64,000 bases of DNA from Octopus vulgaris. Lineage: Eukaryota. The notes beneath the pieces are model-generated. The model ran no database searches. It worked only from the letters and a program-made list of their open reading frames with translations, and was not told the origin of the DNA. Location of the stretch: contig OX597832.1 in NCBI GenBank assembly GCA_951406725.2, positions 29,512,001 to 29,576,000 on the forward strand. Direction: 5' to 3'. Both the position numbers and the translations under genes were made by a program. This document shows positions 42,196 to 56,052 of the stretch, in pieces. Position 1 is the stretch's first letter. Each line of letters begins with the position of its first letter.

Positions 42196-42498
42196 ACAAT
42201 AATCCATGGATGGAATTTACAAATATTTTAATTCATCGCTATGCACATTTCCACAAATGAAATGTTTCTTAAGATCATAATCCATATTCTTGAGCTGATT
42301 ACTGCACTGTCTGTGGATCATGTTCATTCCTTCGGGCAATATAGCATTAGCAGATGTTTAACTAAGGATTATTTATCGATTTTCACCAAAATTTACCAAC
42401 TTTGGCAAAAGCTTGATTGAGGTACATGATATATGAAAATGTCAGGATGGGTAGTATCCTCATTTATCATAATAAGTCTAACATCACTATGCATACCT

Positions 42499-42728
42499 AT
42501 TTCTTTACTACCCACAAGGGGCTAAACATAGAGAGGACAACAAGGACAGACATAGGTATTAAGTCGATTACATCAACCCCAGTGCGTAACTGGTACTTAA
42601 TTTATCGACCCCGAAAGGATGAAAGGCAAAGTCGACCTCGGCGGAATATGAACTCAGAACGTAACAGCAGACAAAATACGGCTACGCATTTCGCCCGGTG
42701 TGCTAACGATTTCTGCCAGCTCGCCGCC
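42499..42728 (-). mobile_element. SINE family A, monomer with TSD
   Basis: 12-bp direct repeat CTATGCATACCT at 42487-42498 and 42729-42740. Other copies at about 7116-7300(-), 7320-7500(+), 20027-20257(+), 44561-44718(+), 44840-45065(-), 58529-58745(+) and 58795-59010(+). Confidence 0.85.
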
Positions 42729-43940
42729 CTATGCATACCTCCATCTCCTTGTAACTACCATTCCTTCCTCTCTTTCCAACACCTTCTACTCCTCCCCACC
42801 AAATACAGGCAGAAATGCCCACAGACCTCAATCAACCTTTCCATTGGTCAAAATTGGTAAAAAAAAAAACCTCAATTAAACATTCGTTAATGCCATAACG
42901 TCCAAAGAAATGAGCGCATAAACATGATGTATCCCAGAAATACAGACAATGATCTTAAGAAACATTTCATTTGTAGAAAGGATTATCATTATTATTATTA
43001 CTATATATATAGGTGTAGGAGTGGCTGTGTGGTAAGTAGCTTCCTTACCTATCACATGGTTCTGGGTTCAGTCTCCCTGCATGGCACCTTGGGCAAGTGT
43101 CTTCTACTATAGCCTTGGGCCAACCAAAGCCTTGTGAGTGGATTTGGTAGACAGAAACTGAAAGAAGCCTGTCATATATGTGTGTGTGTGTGTTTGTCCC
43201 CCTATTATCGCTTGACAACCGATGCTGGTGTGTTTACATCCCCGTAACTTAGCGGTTCAGCAAATGAGACCAATAGAATAAGTACTAGGCTTACAAAGAA
43301 TAAGTCTTGGGGTCAATATGTTCGACTAAAAAGGCATTGCTCCAACATGGCCACAGTCAAATGACTAAAACAAATAAAAGAACACACACACACACACGCA
43401 CATATATATATATATATATATATTCCTGTCTAGCAGAGAAATTTACTCTTGTCCTTCTTACTTTAGCTTCTTAGCACTTGGCATAAAGAGACATACCCCC
43501 ACCACTTCCTAATATCCGCACCCCACCCTACCCTACATAGACATGGAGGCTTTTCTCTTTCTCTTTTCTGTCCTGCACCTTACTTGGCAACCTCACTAAG
43601 TGCTAGTAACACAAAAAGGAAAAAAAAAAGGGGCACCCAGTACACACTGTAAGATGGTTGGTGTTAGGAAGGGCATCCAGCCAAAGGAACTATGCCAAAA
43701 CTGAAACTGAAGCTTGGCACAGCCCTGTGGCTTGCTGAATCCTGTTAAGCCATTCCACCCATGCCAGCATGGAAAATAGACGTTAAATGATGATGAGGAT
43801 TCAATATTGGTCAATAGTATAGGGTTACATTAGGCAGATGGACCTTGTGGTATCAGTCAGTTTATATGATAATTCATAGAACATTTTTCCTTGACACAGC
43901 AGAATATCTCTATTCTCCTTACTGTTCTGTTGATATTACT

Positions 43941-44537
43941 TATTTCTTTATTGCCCACAAGGGGCTAAACATAGAGGGGACAAACAATGACAGAAAAAGG
44001 GATTAAGTCGATTACATCGACCCCAGTGCGTAACTGATACTTAATTAATCGAACCCATAAGGATGAAAGGCAAAGTCGACCTCATCGGAATTTGAACTCA
44101 GAACATAACGGCAGACGAAATACCTATTTCTTTACTACCCACAAGGGTAAACACAGAAGGGACAAATAAGGATAGACAAACAGATTAAGCCGATTACATC
44201 GACCCCAGTGTGTAACTGGTACTTATTTAATCGACCCCGAAAGGATGAAAGGCAAAGTCGACCTAGTTGGAATTTGAACTCAGAACGTAACGGCAGACAA
44301 AATACCTATTTCTTTACTACCCACAAGGGGCTAAACACAGAGAGGAGAAACAAGGACAGACAAACGGATTAAGTCGATTATATTGACTCCAGTGCGTAAC
44401 TGGTACTTATTTAATCGACCCTGAAAGGATGAACGGCAAAGTCGACCTCGGCGGAATTTGAACTCAGAACGTAACGGCAAACAAAATACTGCTGAGCATT
44501 TCGCATGGCGTGCTACCGTTTCTGCCAGCTCACTGCT
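43941..44537 (-). mobile_element. SINE family A, trimer
   Basis: Three tandem units with one head, flanked by GATATTACT repeats. Confidence 0.85.
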
Positions 44538-45656
44538 TTGTGGATATTACTATTTGCTTTTGTCTGGCTTTACGTTCTGAGCTCAAATTCTGCCAAAGTC
44601 GACTCTGCCTTTCATCTTCTCAAGGTCGATAAAATAAGTACCAGTTGAGTGCTGGGGTTCGATGTAATCAATTTACCCCCTCTCCGAAAGTTGCTGGCCT
44701 TGTGCCAAAATATAAAAGTGATATTACTATTTGCTTTGAGCATTTTCTTCAGCTGGAGTCAGCTAATGGACAGGAGACTATGAGGAGAACACATCTACTA
44801 GGGTACAGATCTAAAGCATGATGAGGATTATTATTCAGTACCTATTTCTTTACTACCCACAAGGGGCTAAATATAGAGGGGACAAATAAGGACAGGCATA
44901 GGTATTAAGTAGATTACATCGACCCCAGTGTGTAACTGGTACTTAATTTATTGACCCCGAAATGATGAAAGGCAAAGTCGACCTCGGCGGAATTTGAACT
45001 CAGAACGTAATGGCAGATGAAATACGGCTACGCATTTCGCCCGGCTTGCTAACGTTTCTGCCAGCACCGCCAGACTGGCCCGTAAAAGCACTCACTACAC
45101 TCTCGGAGTGGTTGGCGTTAGGAAGGGCATCCAGCTGTAGAAACTCTGCCTGATCAGACTGGAGCCTGGTGCAGCCATCTGGTTCGCCAGTCCTCAGTCA
45201 AATCGTCCAACCCATGCTAGCATGGAAAGCGGATGTTAAACGATGATGATGATGATGATACAATAAACATTTCTATTTAATGCACCTAAGTGGACTTAAG
45301 TAGCCTGTGTTGAGTATACCTTAGTTTTGTAGATATAGTAGAACAATGATAGTCTGAACCATCAGCCAGTCAGTCATTCATCTCTTGACTCGGGGTTAAA
45401 TCTAATTCAGCAGGTTGGCAGGAGAATAAGAAACAACAACAGCAACAACAACAACAATCTAATTGTAGGAAACACAAAAACAGATGCGGTGTAAACTGGC
45501 GACCAATGGCATTGAAAGTGAAAAAGTGCCAAAAGTAACTCCTACCAAATAGTAAATTATACAGTTTAGGTGTTGGCAGCTGTTAGTAATCTTGACATTC
45601 TTTGAATGAAGTCAGTCAAGGGAAGAGAGAAAAAAAGTCTTAACAAACCATACATG

Positions 45657-45716
<60 letters not shown>

Positions 45717-45801
45717 CACACACACATACAAACATACAAATACTGCGCAGCATATCAGCATTAATTGTACCTTTTAAGCATACACACACAGACACACACA
45801 C

Positions 45802-45832
<31 letters not shown>

Positions 45833-46135
45833 CACACACAGGTGTTTGCACATTCACATGTATGCATACGTAATATGCATATATTATAGACATGCACATA
45901 CACACACATATGGTCAAGAGAGCTTCAGATGACCAAGTCAAGCAAATTCAAGACAAGTAACCAAGGGGTCAGTATTTTGTCCCCTGCTCACTTCAGTGGT
46001 CTACATCACACACTTCATTGTCCGGTGGTCCACCTGGTGACTATTGACAAGGGTCTGATTTATCTACTGACATAATGTTCTGGTCAACTAGGTGACCCCA
46101 TTAGCAGAAGTATTTAGCTAAAAATAAACCCGCCT

Positions 46136-46300
46136 GCAGAAGTATTTAGCTAAAAATAAACCATTGTACTTGGCATTCATTGACCTGAAGAAAACTTTTG
46201 ACAGAGTAACTAATTCTGTGATATGGTGGTCTGTGAGGAAGCTGGGGATAAATGAAAGGTTTGCGAAAGCTGTACAGGGTATGTAAAGGGGTACTGTCAA
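46136..46300 (+). pseudogene. RTE-clade RT domain fragment
   Basis: KYLAKNKPLYLAFIDLKKTFDRVTNSVIWWSVRKLGINE (DLxKAFD motif). Its first ~27 nt are duplicated at 46104-46130. Confidence 0.75.
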
Positions 46301-48563
46301 GATGATGAGCCCTTATGTCGGAGAAAATGACACAAGACTGAAATGACTTGCTGACTTTCTATGTCCCAAAAGACCTGCCCACCACAGCAGAAACAACATC
46401 CTAAACCCCCTTGGTAATGACTGTATATATGGGACCCTGCCCCACCTTTGTTCTATCTGCCCTGTCAAGCGTCCCCACCCAAACATCTTGTTCCCAAACA
46501 CTCATCACTACTCTATCAATGGTACCACACAGCTGCTGCAATCCCCTGAGAATAAAATAGCCACCCTCAACCCTTTTGGCAACCTTCCTCTTCACCCCAC
46601 CATTTCCCCCTAAAAATCCCTTCCATTTTTCATCATCTTCCTCGTTCTCTATTTCCACCAATCACCTTTCTGTACTTTCAGCCATTGCCCTCTCTCCTCT
46701 CCTCTGCTATATCCCATCCTTAATACATCTGTTCCCTATCACTCTCTACGCCCCCACATATCTACCATGGCCCTCACCCATGAGCCAAACCCATGTTTCT
46801 CACCATCCCTTGCTACAGTCAACTTCTACCCCGTTTCTATCGTTCCTCACACTCTTATGACACATACCCTCAATCCCTCTCAGCCCACTCATCCAGTCCA
46901 GTCCCCTGTATCATGTCACTTATACTCAACCACTACTGACCTTAAGGGTCATATTTCCACCACCACCATCTCTCTCTCTCTCTTTCTTCTCCAACTGTAG
47001 TAGCCATGTATCACCTCTACAACAAGACACTTATCTCTATCCCTCCATTATGCCTTAACCTGTTAACTGGCCCAAAGCCACCTCCCTCAATACTACTCCC
47101 CAACTGAGAGGTCTTTGTCTTGCAAGTTAACTGGTGACCCCACCAGTGCTGGTGCCACATAAAAGGAGCCCAGTAAGTACACTCAGTAAAGTAGCTTGTG
47201 TTGGGGAAAGTATCCAGCCATAGAAACCATACCAAAGCAGACAACAGAAGTTGGTGTAGTCCTCTGGCTTGCATTAGCTCCTGTCAAACCGTCCAACCCA
47301 TGCCAGGCATGGAAAGTGGACGTTAAATTATGATGATAACATATATATGAATATACCATGTATATATTTGGTGCAGGTGTGGCTGTGTGGTAAGACACTT
47401 GCTTCTCAACCACATGGTTCCGGGTTCAGTCCCACTGCATGGCATCTTGGGCAAATGAGTTCTACTATAGCCTCAGGTCGACTAAAACCTTGTGAGTGGG
47501 TTTGGTAGACAGAAACTGAAAGAAGCCAGTCGTGTATGAGTGTATATATATATATATATTTGTGTCTGTGTTTGTCCCTTCTCCACCATCGCTTGACAAC
47601 CGATGTTGGTGTGTTTACGTCCTTGTAACTTAGCGGCTCGGCAAAAGAGGCCGATTGAATAAGTGCTAGGCTTATAAAGACTAAGTCTTGGTGTCAATTT
47701 GTTCGACGAAAGGCGGTGCTCCAGCATGGTCGCAGTCGAAAGACTATACAATTACAAATTCACAATGACACAAATATACATTTTAAACAGAGAGTTTATA
47801 TATCACAAACAACCCGCCCATATATATTACGCACCTGATACACAATCTCACAGGATATATATGCAACAACAACAACACACACACACACACAAATGATATT
47901 TCCCAGCCAGGAAGTGCGTGCAACATTTTATTATTATTATTTTTTTTAAAGACTTCTTATTTTAATATTAACACAGACACTCCAAAGTGTGACCCCCTAG
48001 TCTGAGAGACTGGAAATTCCAACAGTGTCAAGGATGAATGAATGAAACCAGCAACGAAATATTGCTTCCGTTTAGAGTGCGGAGGTGGGAAAAACCTCTT
48101 AGCAACCTGATCTTAAATGCCATGGACAACGAACGGAAGTAGCTACAGACTGATACATCATCATCATTATTAATTTTATTATTATTATTCTCATTATTAT
48201 TATTAATTGTTGTTGTTGTTATGTACTCTGCAATCGAAGTCATCCCCAATACGCAATAATGCCCTCTCTCCCGAAACGTTCACATAACTAATCCCTGGCC
48301 CAATTTATTTTATCTGTATCGATACATTTATATTAACGAGTATTAATATATCGATATATTTATAAACGCATTGTGAGTGTGTGTATGTGTGTGTGTCGAT
48401 ATAGATTATTTATACACGCAATACCGAAAAAGTGTGTGTGTGTGTATGTGTGGATATATTTACAAACAACATATCGAGAGTATTATGTCTAAAAAACAAG
48501 ACATTTTACATCCAAGGGCAATTGGAGCACTTCCTACTGCCTGTACGGGTGTGTATGTGCGTG

Positions 48564-48597
<34 letters not shown>

Positions 48598-48644
48598 CAC
48601 AATGATTCCTTTGACACAGTTTGCTCTGAATTTCACTCAAACAC

Positions 48645-48716
<72 letters not shown>

Positions 48717-49491
48717 TATGTATATAGAGACGAGACATTTACAAGCGGAAAGGGAAATTCGAACTTTGAGAGGCGACACATTTGTGTTAGGAATATATTC
48801 TAGCTCCCACGTGAAGCAGAAAAAAAAATGTCCAGCCCAGACTCTGAAACGGTTTAAGAACCACTTGACAGAATCCAGTCTTAAGAATCTTTGTTGCTCT
48901 CAGAACACAGGAAGACAAAATTTGAGGCTGTTAATATCGTTAATTACAGAGATACACACACAAACATATAAGGTGTTGTTGCTAGAATAATCACCTCACC
49001 TTAATATATGACTGGTGTGTGTAGGGAAGGAGGCTAAACATGGTTGCTCGACTTGCTAGAAATAACAGCTAAATTCACCTAGAGTCATAGTTTTTAAAAA
49101 ATGCTATATTAGGTATTGATGCTATATATACATACTACAAATAAAAAGGTGGAATGGTCATAGCTGGAATGTCTGTGGTGCAGATATTCTGAGGGTACAA
49201 AGGTGAAATCGGTATCAGCTAGATTCGAAACCCGATACACGAGACGGCAACCACCTAATCATAAAGGTTGGGTTGGTGTCTGGTTTTTCCCATTCACATA
49301 TTTTAGATGCCAAATATCATCTTTCATTAGAAACAACAGGTTGCTATGGGTGACAGATAAGCGGAGGAGGAGGAACAGGTAAGATTTATCAACTGGGGGG
49401 TTCGGATGACAAGGACGGCCGGATATAGACTTCACGATAAAATTACTTTAGCATTTTCTACCTTGACTTATCTTCCTTATACCTATCAGCT

Positions 49492-49543
<52 letters not shown>

Positions 49544-49638
49544 TACGTTATTCTATTACAATAAGCAGGTGAATTAATACACCCACTCAATTGATAAATA
49601 TACGAATGCATATATTTTTCTGGTTTACAGATTCTTAG

Positions 49639-49722
<84 letters not shown>

Positions 49723-50600
49723 TAATGCCATTTGGCCCCGGGGCTATAACCTGGCAGGTTAATTGAAGAGAAAAATTAATAGGGGGCGAGGTGAAGAAAC
49801 CCTTGACAGGAAAACGATCAGCTGATAAAGGTGGCGCCAACGACGACAATCTAAGGTGTGGTCTACGACGTTGATAATAACGGACAGGTAACAACAAATA
49901 ATGAAGAGAGAAAATACGTAGGCAGTTGAACAACTGACAATTGCTATTAGTGGGACACACACACACAGATGGTTGTAGTTGAGCGGTTCCAAAGTGGCAG
50001 GTGTAAAAATATCTGAGACTAACAAGTCCCACCATCAACATCATCACTAGCAGCAACATCAATGTCACAGAGTTAAAGAGTTTCTTTTAAACCGAGGTGA
50101 CAGCATGGACGGTTTATAAATACCGAAGTCACTTGACTTTAAGTGTCGGTTTTGTCTTCAAATTAGAGTGGCGGATAATTTTAGCAGAAGCAATTCTACC
50201 ACTGCTACAAATGGTTCTAGAGAGACAGTTCTGAATGACACAGATCTACAGGAAATCCAAAATGGTAAGGTGACGGAATAAATGCCTGACAATGTTTGGT
50301 CGGCCGAGGTTACGGGTTCAACTCCCGCCAATACCGAGTTTGCCTTTTATGTCTTCGACTAAATTCAATTGGCAATTCCTCTGCTCTCCACAATTGTGGA
50401 CTAATGCCAACCTAAGTAAGATTAGCATCATTACCAGGTATGTAGTCCTGTTGCTAAATATAGTTCTATGGAAACACAGTCCATTCTTAGAACATGAACA
50501 ATTTTTTGAGGGGGAGGAAGTTATACGAGACATGACACTAGTGTCTGTCCTTCCCCATGTGTGTAAGTATGTGTGTGTATATGTACATATATATATATAA

Positions 50601-50643
<43 letters not shown>

Positions 50644-50999
50644 TATACACAGGAGAGATAAACATACAGACAGCTAGGTAGCAGCCAGATATATATAGAA
50701 GCAGGAGGATAGATAGATAGATAGATAAATAGACATAGATAGATAGACAGACTGATAGATAGACAGACATAGATAGATAGATAGATAGACATAGGCAGAT
50801 AGACAGAGATAGATAGACGTAGATAGACAGACATAGATAGATAGACATAAATAGATAGATTAGAAAGACATGTAGGGAACGTGAGAGTGTGACGGAGTGG
50901 ATATTCGAGGTAAAGCCAATTATATAAATTAAGAAAAGAATTTTGACAAGGAACCTATCCAACAACTTTAAGTATTTACCGAAAGATATAGAGGAAAAC

Positions 51000-51630
51000 A
51001 ATTGCCTAAAATAGGCAGAGGTTTGCGAATTGGGCGAAGTTTCGATTTAGCGAAGCAAAAGAGGAGGAAAAAGAGAAAGTAAAGAACCCGGCGAAAAGAG
51101 AGAAAGAGAGGAGAAAACATTTAATTCTTTTTAATGGATATATTGTAAAATAACAACTGACAGCTGTAAATATATGTAGAGTGGTCCCAGACGGTCGTTA
51201 TTTAGTGTCGTTGGGTGGTTGTATGTTAGTTTCGGTGGGGAATAAGGGCGGAATCGTGGTCGGGAGAGAAGGAGAAGCTCGGGGGATCGATTCCGGGGAG
51301 TGAAACAAACATTTTTTTGCTTACCGAAATGACGCTCTCTCGGACGGCCTGAGACACGTTTGCCCGAACTTTCGCTGCACATCCGACTTTCTGTAAAGCT
51401 TGTCGAAATTTCCTTTCGGTCATTGTGAAACTAAATAAACAAGTACTCCATGTAAATGTGTGGAAGTCGTTTAAGTCGCGGCAGAAAGAGATCCGTCTTA
51501 CGCCATTTTGATAATAAGAACGAACAAGGACAGACAACTCTAACGTCGTCTCCCACCGGGCCACACCTCCTGTCTGCTTTTCCAATTAAGAAAGGCTGGT
51601 GCGCTAACAGCGATGGCTTAATTATTTTTG
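51000..51630 (-). promoter_or_regulatory. CpG-retaining promoter / 5'UTR region of the DOCK-D gene
   Basis: Unique sequence visibly richer in CpG than its surroundings. A YY1-type motif (CGCCATTTT, 51501-51509; AAAATGGCG on minus) lies about 80 nt upstream of the ATG. The TSS is not determinable. Confidence 0.6.
51325..51423 (-). CDS. DOCK9/10/11-like: First coding exon of a DOCK-D subfamily (zizimin, DOCK9/10/11-like) guanine nucleotide exchange factor
   Basis: ATG at 51423-51421 reads MTERKFRQALQKVGCAAKVRANVSQAVRESVIS (33 codons), followed by a phase-0 donor TCG|GTAAGC. The peptide resembles the recalled DOCK9/DOCK11 N-terminus (RKFTxxLSKPGTAAELRQSVSExVRGSV). The paralogue cannot be assigned from 33 aa. 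Confidence 0.88.
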
Positions 51631-51632
51631 GA

Positions 51633-52370
51633 GGGGCGAGCTGGCAGAAATGTTAGCGCGCCGGGCGAAATGCGTAGCCGTATTTCGTCTGTCGTTACGT
51701 TCCGAGTTCAAATTCCGCCGAGGTCGACTTTGTCTTTCATCCTTTCGAGGTCGTTAAATTAAGTACCAGTTACGCACTGGTATCGATATAATCGACTTAA
51801 TCCGTTTGTCTGTCCTTGTTTGTCCCCTCTGTGTTTAGCCCCTTGTGGGTAGTAAAGAAATACGTATTTCGTCTGCCGTTACGTTCTCAGTTCAAATTCC
51901 GCCGAGGTCGACTTTGCCTTTCATCCTTTCGGAGTCGATAAATTAAATACCAGTTACGCACTGGTGTCGATATAATCGACTTAATCCATTTGTCTGTCCT
52001 TGTTTGTCCCCTCTGTGTTTAGCCCCTTGTGGGTAGTAAAGAAATAGGTATTTCATTGGTCTTTACGCTCTGAGTTCAAATTCCGCTGAGGTCGACTTTG
52101 CCTTTCATCCTTTCGCAGTCGATAAATTAAGTACCAGTTACGCACTGGGGTCAATCTAATCGACTTAATCTGTTTGTCTGTCCTTGTTTGTCCCCTCTGT
52201 GTTTAGCCCCTTGTAGATAGTAAAGAAATACGTATTTCGTCTGCCGTTACGTTCTGAGTTCAAATTTCGCCAAGGTCGACTTTGCCTTTCATCTTTTCGG
52301 AGTCGGTAAATTAAGTACCAGTTACGCACTGGGGTCGATCTAATCGACTTAATCCGTTTGTCTGTCCTTG
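51633..52370 (+). mobile_element. SINE family A, multimer of about four units, immediately upstream of the DOCK-D promoter
   Basis: Units restart at 51680, 51864, 52048 and 52232. Confidence 0.88.
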
Positions 52371-52989
52371 TTTTGTTAATTTTTTATTAAAACCTTCTGC
52401 AGAGAGAGAGAAACAAGTGATATTAAAAATATTTGACGATAATAATGGTGATGATAATGACGATGATGATGATTATGGTGGTGGTGGTGGTGGTGGCGGT
52501 GATTGTTGTTTCACCCAAAATCCTCACTGTTCTACTAGACTTATGACCAAAGACATTCTAACCATGACCATCCCATAGATACTGTATTATAGACTACATA
52601 ATCCTATGTGTGCTTTCCTTTTCTTTTATTTGAGGAAGGGGGGAGAGATTTGACTGTTATTTCTAGCTGATGCGGTGACCACATAGAGACTGTGTTGGTG
52701 GTTTGAGGACATTTATGGCCGTCTCTATAGATGAGAGACATTTTGGTTAAATGAAATTCTAAAAGGAGAGAATATTGGTAGGTTTTTTCCTTCCAGGAAT
52801 GGTGAATCCGACCCTGCCACAGACACACACAAATACACTCAGACCCACACAGATACACACACACACAAACATACATGCACCAACACACACACACACATAC
52901 ATACACTGACCAATCTATTATACAAAAAACAAGTCCTGAATTTATGTCGCACCTACTCTATCACAGATGACTGATACCTACAGCTTAGG

Positions 52990-53171
52990 TACAAAATTAA
53001 GAGGAATGACCACTAAAGTGGACACCTAATATGCTAAACATAGACCTCAAATCGCTATTACCATGAAGAGTGTGTTCTCTTGAGAACACATTCTTCATGG
53101 TAATTGTGATTTGACATCTATGTTTAGCATATAGGGTGTCCACTTTAGCAGTCATTCCTCTTAATTTTGTA
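52990..53171. repeat. Long imperfect palindrome (~90-bp arms, 2-nt centre)
   Basis: ACAAAATTAAGAGGAATGAC...TGTGTTCTC-tt-GAGAACACA...GTCATTCCTCTTAATTTTGT. Confidence 0.9.
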
Positions 53172-53842
53172 TGTATCACAATTTTTAATCTTCAGATTTT
53201 TAAAATATGCTTAGGTACAATGTAGTAATTAGGGTTAATTGCCTTAATCAACAATAGAAGGATATCTCTGGTAAGATTTGAACTCATGACCATGAGCTAA
53301 TATTTATTTAACCATTTCACTTTTGAATGTTCAATAAACACAAATTAAATAAACTCATTCAATTTATTGGTAATGACTCACAGACCAATACAAGTTCATA
53401 GAGCTGTTGCATCCTCTGGTTGTCTCTTTTATCACTACTACAATGGTCTCTGTTCCTCTGAGCTAGTGTATCCCAAGCTCACTTTATCCAGATTCACCTG
53501 ATGCACCCATGTCTCTAATTCTGTCATACCTCTCAGTCCGGCCATGCATGACTTTACTCCACCTCTCACCCTTCACTGTGTGACACCTCTCCTCTCTCCC
53601 CCTCTCTACCCTGGCCTACCTGACACATCTTTCATTTAATCACCCTTCAATGTCTCACTCCTCCCCCAGCCCTTCCTACCAAAACTGCTGCCCTCAAGAA
53701 CTCCATCCCCAATATTTTTCTGCAGATGCAAGCCTCATTCATCCCATCATCCTGCAAAGAATGTCTTCAAGGGATCAAAGAATTATACTCCACTCCTCCT
53801 TACATAAAAAAAGAAAAACATCAGGGAAAGATACTAAATATT

Positions 53843-54248
53843 TATTTCTTTATTTCCCTCAGGAGACAAACTAGGACAGACAAGAGATTACATTGACCCC
53901 AGTACTTAACTGGTACTTATTTAATCGACCCTGAAAGGATGAAAGGCAAAGTCGACCTCGGCGGAATTTGAACTCAGAATGTAAAGACAGACAAAATATA
54001 TTTCTTTACTACCCACAAGGGGCTACACACAGAGAGGACAAACAAGGACAGACAAACAAGGACAGACAAACGGATTAAGTAGATTATATCGATCCCAGTA
54101 CTTAACTGGCACTTACTTAATCAACCCCGAAAGGATGAAAGGTAAAGTCAACCTCAGCGGAATTTGAACTCAGAACGTAGCAGCAGATGAAATACCACTA
54201 AGCATTTCACCCAGTGTGCTAACAATTCTGTCAGCTTGCCGCCTTAAC
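53843..54248 (-). mobile_element. SINE family A, dimer with TSD
   Basis: 14-bp direct repeat AGATACTAAATATT at 53829-53842 and 54249-54262. Confidence 0.85.
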
Positions 54249-55340
54249 AGATACTAAATATTGGTAAAGAAGATAATGCATCCGTAATAACAGTCATATT
54301 CCAGGGTCTAAATGAGTTAATCAAAAGAAGCCAAGAACAAACACATCATTTATTACGGTCCATCCTTCCTTTCATCTATTTCACCAATTCCGATGCTGTT
54401 TCAACACAGTTATCCTCAAAGTAAATTTAATTAATTCAGTAAAATGTCAGAGGAAAATTTATTCAAACCAATATATCTTGGTAAGCAAATAAAGGACATT
54501 GAATACAGCGAGTGTGTAAATGGTATAGAACCACAATAAGGTACAGTGTATGTATATATATATATATATATATACACACACTCACACACACACTGCAAAT
54601 GTGTGCAGATATGACAAACAGAACTACAGTGTTGTACTGCAGACTGTAGATGTAATAGTATAGAACTATAAATATAGTACTGTATATTGTGTACATCATA
54701 GCATAGAACTACAGTATGGTACTACATACTGCATATATACGTGTGTGTGTGTGTGTTATACATACACATTGATCTACTATAGTATTGCAATGTAGATAGT
54801 ATTAGCATAGAACAATTGAAGTATGGGGCTACAGATTGTATATATTACCACATACAATATTGAACATAGTACATACAATATACTACATATAATATTGTAA
54901 TAGAACTAAAATAGAACTACTGCAGAGTAGAAGAGACTCAGCATCTGTTATTGTACATACAGAGTGTAAATGTTATTAGAGTGCATCTCTCTAAGCAGAA
55001 CAGTTGTTAGGGTACAGGTCTGTAAGGTAAAAGGTTATTTCAGTGCAGATTTGTAAACCGAAGGGTTGTTAGGGTGTCGGTTTGAACATCTGCATTTTAA
55101 AGAATTTTATCCTGTCACCAGTCTAAGGAGCAGTGTTGCCTTACCTTGGCATATGTGTTTAATTCTTGTAGGCACAGTCCACTAAGCTGTACACAGATAC
55201 CATGGCCAGGAAGAATTTATCATCATCCTAAGTAACAAGGATACTGCATAAGTGACAATCCAAAAAGTGCTGAGTTCAGATCGTTTCTTAGACACAGGTG
55301 AAAGTAATTATGGAGTCTTTCACTGTATTCTTGCATGAGT

Positions 55341-55605
55341 CATCATCATCATCATCATCATCGTCATCGTTTAACGTCCACCTTCCATGCTAGCATGGGT
55401 TGGACGATTTGACTGAGGGCTGGCGAACCAGATGGCTGCACCAGGCTCCAGTCTGATCTGGCAGTGTTTTTACAGCTGGATGCCCTTCCTAACGCCAACC
55501 ACTCCAAGAGTGTAGTGGGTGCTTTTTACGTGCCACCAGCACAGGGGCCAGTCAGGCAGTACTGGCAACAACCTCACTCGAATGTTTTTACATGTGCCAC
55601 CGGCG
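55341..55605 (-). mobile_element. RTE 3'UTR fragment
   Basis: Same tail motif. Further copies at about 8230-8400(-), 19540-19755(+), 24260-24555(+), 43630-43800(+), 45075-45258(+) and 47100-47335(+). Confidence 0.8.
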
Positions 55606-56018
55606 CAAATGCCAAGGATAAAATAGTCAGGGAGACCCCAAATACCCAAAGGATTACAGGTCATTAATTAATTGGAATTGGGGAGGGTGGGCAGCAGTAA
55701 CCTGAGGTAAAGCTGAGCTAATAAGGTCAAAGTTTAGATGGTTTGAAATCCCAATTAGGGGACGCATTACAGGGAATATTTCAATAGTTAAAAAAAAAGT
55801 TTAAATCTCAGTTGATGAATAACACCACGGTTGGGTAGAAATTTCCAATGGATCAGTCATTGGTTCATTGTATTCTCATAAATTCACTTGACAAAGGAGT
55901 GTCCTTAACTTGGTCTAGAACAAATATCACAAGGGATTTCATTCAAACAGCACCAGTTTGTTGTTTTCTTTCTAATGTTTACATATTTTGTCTATACACA
56001 TTGGTGAACAACAACAAC

Positions 56019-56052
<34 letters not shown>

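Noticed and set aside
51226-51585. 119-aa ORF as a complete gene
   Set aside because: Only the 33 codons from 51423 to the GTAAGC donor resemble a known protein; the rest is UTR or intron.
55680-55990. Possible CR1 LINE 3' relic
   Set aside because: Only a faint GHS-like motif; not supportable by eye.
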